A stretch of 59,125 bases of DNA, filler included, from Sphacelaria rigidula (lineage: Eukaryota), in the NCBI GenBank assembly GCA_964200075.2. It is 10 parts of 10 records of this genome, joined end to end, with 100 filler letters (N's around TTAATTAATTAA, not from the genome) between each part and the next. Parts side by side here need not be neighbours in the genome. Positions count along the whole stretch, not along the records: positions 47,382 to 53,203 come from CAXNAA020024196.1; positions 53,304 to 59,125 come from CAXNAA020024197.1; 8 more parts are not named here. One strand, written 5' to 3'. The position numbers and the translations under genes were made by a program. Below, in pieces: positions 49,708-59,125 of this stretch; the stretch's first letter is position 1; each line of letters starts with the position of its first letter. Below the pieces are notes generated by a model. The model worked only from the letters and a program-made list of their open reading frames with translations. It did no database searches and was not told the DNA's origin.

Positions 49708-50529
49708 TGTCGCGGTTCGACACTTACCGTCTGGAGGTGTAAGGTGCCACTTCGTGGGCACCTGCGCCGTCGCGCCCACACACAATCAAGTGTATCGACC
49801 CGTCGAGCTCGACTTTACCAGGTGCGGAGTCAACCCACGTTCGCAGCGTCGGGCGGCATACCCGTGAGCCGCGCAGACGCTAGAACAACAAATAATGTTG
49901 CGTCGAGGTCAGGCTTACGTTGTGAAAAAATCAGAGAGCCCTCTGATATCGCAGTCCGTGATGGCGTAGATGCTCTTGTATTATCGGTGAACAGGCTAAC
50001 TGCTGCTTTGCGAGTTGAGATGCTAGTCCAAAATGTTGTAACACATGAGGGCAGACAGCCTACTTCTACCACACGATGTAGTATGACCCATCAGGTATCA
50101 AGCATGACAAAGTATGACACATGGAACTTAGTCGACTGAATAATTACCAACAAACCCGTGACACTTACACGAGGCCTCATGATACGCTTTCTGCAGTAAC
50201 TTGCTAGCCACTGAAGCCTCTGATATCCCTGAGCAAAATATCGACGTGTACAGTAGCTATAAGTGCAGGACAGTGTTACGGGCAACCCCTCCCCATTAGA
50301 TGAAAAAATTGTCAAGTTATAGCGAATCTTAGAGCTCATTCATTCTCAACCATCGCTAGATTCTGAATCTCGTGGAATCCCTGCTATTTGGTCTACGATT
50401 ACTTTCTTCGACGGATCTTGACGTTCTTGCGATCCTACCACTAGGCGTGCGCGTCCCCGTTCGGCGCGACTGACTGCCGAGTCTTTGGGTGAAGTCTTAC
50501 TCAATCTTGGTTCGAGTGATGTCGCGACA
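49708..50529 (-). mobile_element. Single LTR (TGTCGCG...CGCGACA) with an adjacent PPT and tRNA-His PBS; probably carries a nested repeat at ~50155-50340
   Basis: 7-bp terminal inverted repeats. The minus strand reads TTTTTTCTC-GGGGGGGC|TGTCGCG...CGCGACA|TGGTGTCCAATCCGAG. Confidence 0.65.
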
Positions 50530-50571
50530 GCCCCCCCGAGAAAAAATCCTGGTTTGAAGAGGCATAATCTA

Positions 50572-51127
50572 CAGTAGTGGGCGGTCTCACTATTCATTTT
50601 GTGGCGTTTTGTGCATTTTTCGTAATTGGCGATTTTCTTGTGCTCTTTTTGCTTTCCACCGCTCATATCATCGGGGATCTGAAGAAAACTGTATCCACTC
50701 CTGATTCCAAGAAAAAGAAATAATCTCTACTCAATATTGGGTGACTTACGGGCTGACCGGTTATCGGGGATCCTGCCCAGTTTCAGCCTAGGTTCTTACT
50801 CTTCGGTATCTTCGGTCGATCGAGCCTTTCCCAATCATATTTGTAAAGAAATGTACACTTAAGTCTTATATTTTTACGAAGTTTTACCTTCATTGCGCTA
50901 GAGCCGAAAAATTGTGTTTCACGGTCATTAACACCCTCCTGATAAATGGGGGTACTTACTCGTATCGCCTGATAAAACCAACTAACATTGACTCGGGCAC
51001 TGTGTTTCGAAGATGATCTGTTTATTGTACCAAAATCTACCGACGCCAGCAATTTCGAGTTTTATCGAAGAGTAGTACGCGAGGAAAACCCCAAACCACC
51101 CCAAAATAGTTAGACCGCCCACTACTG
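50572..51127. mobile_element. ~555-bp Tc1/mariner-type MITE (copy 3, inverted)
   Basis: TA|CAGTAGTGGGCGGTCT...AGACCGCCCACTACTG|TA. Confidence 0.88.
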
Positions 51128-52231
51128 TACGTGCGAGCACACGAAGCAGCTGGAACTTCCCACGCTCGGGATCATTTCCGCCAATCAACATCGTCCATCT
51201 GAGGTGCTTCACGCAGTCTGAAACCAGCCATCACGCGCTGTATGGCCATTTTTTCAGTGAGAGACAGTTTGGGGCTGGTTGCGGACGAGCGTGATCGTGG
51301 CAAACAGTGTTTTCGTGAGGTTGAAAGTAGAGCACTGATTGTAAGTGGCTTTGATATTTTGCTTTAACTTAGCTAATTTTTCATTCCGTGTGTGCTCTTC
51401 TTTGCCTGTACCACTGGCGTGTACTTACAGCTACACGTCGATATCCTACTCGGGCATATCAAGGGCTTCAGTGGCAAGCAAGTCCAGAAAGCATAGCGGG
51501 CCTCGTGGAGGGGCATTTCGGAACTGAAACGATTCATTCCCTAATTGACCGTTTTTCACTCTCAGTTCTGTCCTTTACTTTCAATCTCACGAGAACATTG
51601 TTGGCATCACTCGTCGTCATTATTTCCTCTGCTTGAAGCTGTGACCCCCTTTTTTTCTTTGCCACACTTTGAATCCCTTTTCTTCTTCGGGATGAGTCCG
51701 TACTCAGTTACTCACGCTTTTGACAGTGGAAATCAGATTATTCGAAAAACAACCCAGCGCCTTAGGAATCGAACCGACGTTCTCTCCACCTTAATGATGG
51801 CAGTCGGGCAATTATCAAATCAACCCGACGCGGCGGCCGTAGTGGAACGGAATCTAACCTAGCGAGCTTCCCCTTGGCTTCCCCTGCTGTGGTGTGGATT
51901 GCCAAGCTCGACGGGTTGAAACATTGCTACTCCGAGGACGTGCGGGATGGCGGGCTCCGCCCTACCGATCCCCTTCGCCTACGGTGCATGGTTTGTGTAC
52001 CTGTCCTGGGTACCACAAAGAAATTTGACTTGACGCGGTCGACGAGGGACATGGGGACCGCCGAGCCCTCTCGCGATAAAATCTAAGGCGAACATCGCAG
52101 AAGAAAGGAGGAGTGCTGGAACAAGTAAGCAAAGATCCCTTTCTGTGTTGATCTTCCTCCTGCGTGACATGGCTGGTACGTCCGCATATTATACCGAAAG
52201 GTGTGGACTGGCGTCCGGAATAGATGGTATG

Positions 52232-52276
<45 letters not shown>

Positions 52277-53399
52277 CGCCGAAGGTACAGCTGCATACAT
52301 TATGGACTCGCCTGGATGGGCTAATGTCATGAGGCCAAGAGGCGGTCCGGGATTTCTACCTTCAAACAGTAGTACACCCGTGGACAGATAGCACCCTTTG
52401 GGGCGCACTGTGCAGGGTCTGTACAGGGGCCTCCACAGTCTTTGTGAAAAAAACTGACAGTGAAATGCAAAATCTGTACCCATCGCAGCGTTTTGAAAGG
52501 GTTTTCCCCAGGGTTGGATTTGCAGCTCTGTGTAGGCACGTCGGCAAAGCCCTGCACAGTCATGTGGTAGTGTTTCGGTGAAAAAACCTCAAGTTTGTTT
52601 TTCGAAAATTCCAAATATTTTGGTACAAAATCTTTAAATTCATATATCTTCAATACCTTGTCCTCCTGTCCGGGGTAAATTCCTCTTCACCCAATTTGAA
52701 TCGAGCGAAAAGGAACTTATTTTGGGCAGCAGGACAAGCTAGATCAAAAACAGATCCTCTTCTCGCCCAGTTTATTTCGGCAAAAAAAATGGTTTATTTA
52801 CAAGAGCAGAAGAAGTTGTTCAAGATCGATTCTTTTTTTGCCCTTTTTTGAGATGAGCGAAAAAAGGATCTATTTCGAACAGCTTCTTCTGCTGCGCAAA
52901 TCCCATGTACACTGGCAGATTCGGAATTTGAACAGCAGAAGAAGCTCGAAATAAGTATTTAGTTTTCCCTCCAATTCCATCCAGAGATAAGGGAAAAGAA
53001 ATCTATATTGCGAGCAGCGTCAGCTGCTGGGCAAATCCCGCATACTGCATCGTCGCCGGCGCATGGGATCCGACACGAAGAAAAAGTTGCTGAAAGGTAT
53101 TCATCCTTATTTTTCCCCCCAGTCCATGTAACAGCCGATTTATATTTTGGGGTTCATACAAAATATGGGGCTGGAGTGGCATATCTGTCTTGCACGGAAG
53201 ACCNNNNNNNNNNNNNNNNNNNNNNNNNNNNNNNNNNNNNNNNNNNNTTAATTAATTAANNNNNNNNNNNNNNNNNNNNNNNNNNNNNNNNNNNNNNNNN
53301 NNNCTCCTTCTGTTGAAGACGGCGGCTGCGGGGGGGACTGCGGGGGCGCCCCCCCCGACCCTTGGCGAGTTTCGATGTTTTGCCCCCCCCCCCCCCGCG

Positions 53400-55850
53400 T
53401 CAACACGCAGTAATAGTGTCGTGGATGTTCCCTCAAAGACTTGAGATTGGACCAACTTTTTACCTTGGGTAAAAGCGTCGACCGCCGCTTTCACCTGCAG
53501 TAAGCTGGCTGGAGAAGAGGGTGTGGCATGGCCGGTGCAGCGGCTCCGGACCACACATCTCATTCGGTGATTCGTTGTCCGGATTGGAGGTCGAAGCCGT
53601 GCAGTTCAGCTGTCCACATGCTCAATGGATCGCTTTGGCCCATAGCTTCTTGATCTTCGGAAGCTAAACATGACCGAAACATTCCTCCCTTGGCCCTACA
53701 TGTTTTTTTCGAGGCTCATGTCGGGTACTCATGTCTCTTGACTGCCAAAGTTTCGAATCGATCAGGGACCGTGATGAACTGTGGTATCCCTGAACATGTA
53801 AAAAAATACTCTCTCAATCGAAAATGTTTTTGTTTCAAGTTTGACTATTGACTACCATGCCGCCGGAAAACCGTGAGCTTGCACGCTGGCGATAAAACTA
53901 TTCCAAGCCATGTCCGAATCTGACTTTCTTGTCAAGAAATATAGCCAGGAATTCCGGCTATAATCGTCCTCGACCCTTTTGGAACCCATTGACGATTTTT
54001 ATTTTTATGAGGCGGCATCATTTTCATTCATTTCAATTCAAAATGATGTCGGTTCACAAGAACAAAAATTGTCGATGGGTTCCGAAAGGTTTCACAACAT
54101 TGAGGAGTGCTTCGTCCCTACAACGGCATTCTCTAACCCTCCTATAATAGGTCCACGAACACTCTGACCTAGTTTGGTCGAAGCTCTTTTTCCAGTTTGG
54201 CGAGGAATACCTTTTTGTGTATCCTTTTGCGATCGAGCAACCAGTACATGCTTGCATATCTCCCTCGGGCGCAGATCCCCAAGTTGCTCGCGGTATATTT
54301 CAACAGTTGTTCATTACCATGACCGTAAATAACGTGAAACATAATTATGGTTGAGGGGGGAGGGGGTGTGCTCATGGTCATGTATGCCGTAGTCACAAAA
54401 CCATTGACCTGGCATCCTTACAAAGCCGGGACGGAGCACGCCGGGTTTCCGCCGGACAAGGATAAGGGGGGGGCGTACTCATTGGTTGCCAGGGTTTGTT
54501 ACCAGTATAGAGGGTGGGGGGTTGTTTGGGGGCGTACACACTGGCAACACAGAAGCGTTAATTTTCTCCCGTAGTCGACATTTATATGGCCACTACCATG
54601 CCGTCTTGGTTTGCAAGCGTCATACACCCATTAAATGTAGTCATTACGTCTTCTGTGCTTCCCAAAGAATCCCGGCTCTCGCCATCGAATTCCGCACCTG
54701 GTCAAAACACGATGTTTCCAAGGTCAGCAAGCGGCGTATATTACGTCTCGCAGATATTCTACCTGTTTGTCCTCTTCTGAAAAGAAAACGAGAGGTGAAT
54801 TACCCCTTCAACGGAGCAGACACGCCGCACCCCCTATTCCAGCAACACTCGAAAATAATATAGTGTCAGATTTATGATGCATCGCAATGAATCGGTCAAG
54901 TGGTACGGAGCACCGGCATCACTTTGTCACTCTTTATGAAAGGACCTAAAAATACAGGCTGCCGATGCCCTGAGCTGAACAAGCTCACCACTGTCATTCT
55001 TGAAAGCCGCCTCGGGTTCCTGGGATGGTACCCTGATTACTAGAGCCTGACAGTCACGGACTAGATGCGGAAGACCGCAGCGGTAACATTTCTGACGACA
55101 TTCTGCCCCCTTTCTCGGGTCTGTCCTTCGTGGACTGAGAGTTAGATGTTGTTATTAATCTGAGTTTGCCCTTCCCGTCTTCGCTAATCCTGGCTTAGAC
55201 AGCTTTGCCACTTCTGTGATCCCCAATTTTGCCCTGTGCGGTCAATTCCGTGTACCTATCCATCACATGTCTTGCTGTTGCTTCCTTGTTTCTCAAGTGG
55301 TGGATGCCTCAAATTTTGACGGAAAAGCGCCGTACTCATGCGGCGGTAGCTCTCGAGGAAGTCGCAGAACATATTTGTCTATCCCTCTTCCGTCACGCAT
55401 AGCATGAGCAATATCCCAATAGTCTCCTTCACTTCGGAGAAGAAGACGTAACGGTCGTGTACTTGGTTCAACGTCAGAGTTAGATTGATTTTGAGCACCA
55501 GTTGAAGGAAACATATTATCGTTCAGAGCACGCCACGCTTGACCTGGGGATGCAGTGTTCGTTACTGTTGTTCGGACGTTCTCACCGTCCATATATTTGA
55601 GCGGGTCCCAGCAGGCTTTGTGTCTGCTTCCATTTTCGGACGGTGTACCTTCGTTCTACCATGTGAGACATGTCAACTTCCATGTCGACAATCAATATGT
55701 CATCCGTTGTCATGTATGCCTGCAACAAACCACACTGGCGTGCAATCAGAAACCATTCTTCCAAGCAAGGAATTGTGTCACGCTGTAGCCAAACTTTCAG
55801 ACTCTTGGGCAACTGGGATAGCCTACCCCTAAACGACGGCATATTCGTGT
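53400..55850 (-). mobile_element. Highly degenerate Ty1/copia remnant (gag, PR, GAG-pre-integrase, integrase)
   Basis: FHVIYGHGNEQLL..TA..LG, CTGCSIAKG and TKLG/RVFVDL (~54150-54345); gag-like AWRALND at ~55530. Boundaries approximate. Confidence 0.65.
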
Positions 55851-57285
55851 CCCCACGTGTTGTTTTAGGCCCAACAAAATCCCATTCCCTCCCACCACTC
55901 AGCTGTCCAACTGTCGGGCCCTGGCCTAGAGGGCCAGTCAGTCCATGGGGGTCTGCGGTCCGCGGATCCTCCGTTCATCTGCTGAAAGCGCCTTGCTCGC
56001 GTCCTTCAGCAGGTCGCACTCGAGATGCTCTCGGTTCGCCAACTCGTGCGGGGGCCTCCTCGCGGCTTTTTTCTTCGCCGCTGCCCCCCCACCCACCCCT
56101 TGATCCTGACCCTATGTAACCAGGTCCCTCAAGTCTTATATGCTGTCTCGTAGGTGATGGTTCTCCTTGAGAAGCCATGATTCAAGGTGTCTTAAGGTGT
56201 AAAAGGACAGCTACTCGCTCCTACTTCACACCCGGGCGTAAACATTTTGTCACAGGTGATGAGCTGTACTATCAGCCTGCTGCGCTAGCGTATCCAGCGA
56301 TCAGTGCCTGCCCCGGGCAGGGCGTTCTCAATGAAGGACAAGATAGTGCTGGGGAACGAAAGGAAGGGAACCTAGGTGGAGATCACCGCTTGGCCCACCC
56401 GATCTTTGTTTATTAGGAATCTATCTCCGTCTGAGACGTTTCAACTCTTTATTCAGAAAGATTTCGGAACACAGTATAGTAACGAGATTCATCTAGAAGT
56501 CTCGTATATCATAAGCGTCCAAATATGATATACTACAATACCAAGACATTCACCGCGTTATCGAGATAAAATCGCACAATACCTTCGACGATAATGTTGA
56601 TGTTGTAGCGGTAACTGATCGAATCCCCTACATGACCCCACCCCTTGCCTAGGTTCCGCGCACCATCATTTCCTTTCTGCCATGAGTACCTGTGCGCGTA
56701 CATGGCGACGATTGTAGTATGCGGCGACCATCATGCCGCAGCAGAGGTTTATTCGTGCTCACGACGATGATTCCGTTTGCGCCGAATTTTGATCAATTTT
56801 TTCGAAGGGGGAGGCGGACGTGTTGACTGTGTGATGCCGCATTTGCCACCCTCCCCCGATACATGACGAGCAATGCTACGGTAGGGGTACACTTTTTCGC
56901 GAAATATTGTCTAGTTCAGGGGTTCCTAACGATTCTAGATGCACAAGAATATGGGTCAGGGCATCCTCGTTTGCAAATTCATTCGGGATATCCCCAGCAC
57001 ATTGGAGTAGTAATTCTGGCGTACTTTTACATATTTTCATCGGTCATGTTTTGCATGAGATAAAGGGCTCCTAACAATTCTTACCTCAGAAAATATTTGT
57101 GTACCCCCACCGCAGCATCACTCTGACGCCCAAACACAAATTTGTCCCATTTTTTTCGCGTTCAAGTCTACAAGCGCAGTCACCGCCCTGCCTACAAGAG
57201 TGATTGCATCTGTTGCAACTCAACTGTGAGCGCGATAATCGCCGACGCAGACTAATCGTTTTTTCCGCAAAACTATTCACAACAG

Positions 57286-58120
57286 GTATGACGAGCAAAA
57301 ACGACGACTGAAGCTGAGCGGTCTGAGACGCCGCATCTACCTTGTCGAGGGCAACCTCAGCCACCAAGACAAGCTCGCCCCGGCCGCCCTTCGAACGGCC
57401 CTCGCCACCTCTCAAGCGTGCGGAAGCCTAGCCGTCGTTCGATGCGCCAGCCTTCGCGATACGGTGGACTTTCTAGCACGCACGCATCGCCACATAGCTG
57501 CGTTACTCAAGCGATCATCGTACCCCGCCGGAACCATCGCGCACGATCCAGCAAGCGCTGGCTCCGCGTCGTCGTCGCTTTTTGACAACGTTCCTGAGAT
57601 CGGTCCTGGAAGCGGCACCAGTCCTCTGGGCGGACGGGACGGTTTCTGTGGTGGGAGACGGGGAGCGAAAGCAGCGGAGGTCGACAAATCTCTTCTCAGA
57701 CCAGCGATGACATACGACGAGTATGCATCGCGCTGTGCAAAGCGAGCGCCCACCACTACAGCCCGCGATATCTTGGGCGCCATGGTACGCCAGGCCCCCG
57801 GGTGTAGCGCAGCCAGAGCGAAGGCCGTGGTGCGAGCGTTCCAGTCTCCCCTTGGGTTTCTGTTGGCCCTCGAGCGCACAGGGGGCGGGGGTGATGATAC
57901 CGTGAAGATAAAGAATGGAGAGCAATTGCTCGGCGAGTTGAGGTGTAGCGGCGGAGCTGGCACAAATAAGTTGCCGCAGCCGTTAAGACGCTTGCTGTGC
58001 CGGTTGTTTATTGGAGAGAGTGTACTAGTGGTTGGGGGTCAGGGTAGTAGATGGAGTGAGGGGGGTGGCAATGGCGACAAGGATTGGGACGTGGAGCCGA
58101 TGAGTCAGGAGAGTTGCTAA
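57286..58120 (+). CDS. MUS81: Crossover junction endonuclease MUS81, terminal exon
   Basis: acag|g YDEQKRRLKLSGLRRRIYLVEG (ERCC4 domain, RY.EQK.RL...G....YLVEG). Open to TAA at 58118-58120, with a C-terminal HhH (QAPGCSAARAKAVV...KLPQPLRRLLCRLF). Confidence 0.92.
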
Positions 58121-59125
58121 TGTTGAAATGAGCGACTCCGATGCCTCGTTGTGGTGCTTTTTGTGTTGCAGATTGTTTTCACCAGCGGCAGCAGCTGTGG
58201 TTGTACCGTCCGCCAGTGCCTGACCTTGTATAGAACCTCTGTTTGGGCCTGATTTCTGCTTTCTGTCGACATTAGTTCAGCAGAGAGTTGGAGTTATCTA
58301 GAAAAGCATATACTGTTCCACAAGCTTTTGTGTCGCATAGTTGCTGAAGTCATTGAGTAACCGCCTTTTTCAAGCGTCGTGGACTTGCGTCAACGTCAAG
58401 GCTTGCCCTATATTTCCCGATAATTCCAAGGAATTTAGTGAGATCAACCCTCATTTTTCCCGAATTGACTCCTTGGACTCGAGTGAAAGCGCATCCTCAT
58501 TTTTCGGTTGACTGGTGGAACTTGAAAACATGAAGTTATCGTGATGATGACTGATGGGTACGATGGAAGGACTCAACAACACAGCCGTTTTAAACAGTGG
58601 ATGGTCTACCGATCCGTAATCTGCTTCATGGTTTGCTCTTTTCTCTCAAGTTCTGCGTGTCACAGTCGTTGCAAATATTACATATTTTGTTTCGTCCTCA
58701 TCGACCCAGACTCGTCTCTCTTTTTTTTCCGAAAGATTTCCTCATGTTTTAGAGTACGGTGCATCCTTGTTTTGTTCAGATGCCTCGGACATGTGTCATT
58801 AGGTCCTTCACATTTTTTTTCTGAATGACTGGCCTGTTTGTAGGCCTCGAATCAGATCCACCTTTATTTTTCCGTCATGACTCGTGGGGGTTGATTCGTA
58901 CTCGTCCCATATTTTGTCAAAATCAGATTCGTTCTTCATTTTCCCGAACAACTCTTTATGTGGCCCGTGACGCTTCCCACGCACTCGTGCGATAACACGG
59001 GATCTTACAAGTTGGGGATGGATCATTTATTGGATATGAGAAACATTCGCTCGATACAACACAGAACAGTGTTTTCGTGAGATTGAGAGTAGATGATACG
59101 ATTGAGAGTGAAAAGCGGTCAATCA

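Noticed and set aside
3089..58120. LST8/UNC-50/DGD/ALDH/MUS81 as a gene cluster
   Set aside because: Each gene is on a different, artificially joined contig.

Overview
Eukaryotic nuclear DNA, most likely from a brown alga (Phaeophyceae); this is inferred from short exons in multi-kb introns, stramenopile-type transposons and abundant poly-C/G and (CA)n tracts. The window is not one locus. It is ten size-sorted contigs of 5823/5822 bp joined by an artificial 100-bp linker (44N-TTAATTAATTAA-44N), so nothing can be concluded across linkers. Host exons are recognisable for LST8, UNC-50, DGDG synthase, an ALDH3-type aldehyde dehydrogenase and MUS81. The rest is mostly decayed TEs: Ty3/gypsy, Ty1/copia, an RTE-like LINE, tRNA-derived SINEs and many MITEs. 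Three observations stand out. (1) Two related families of 5'-truncated retroposon 3' ends have no poly(A) and insert at C-tracts, with TSDs that begin with the C-run, suggesting G/C-tract-primed retrotransposition. (2) An LTR has a PPT on one side and 59 nt of mature (CCA-ended) tRNA-His on the other, resembling a fossilised tRNA-primed cDNA. (3) A long pre-miRNA-like hairpin. All calls were made by eye, without database searches.
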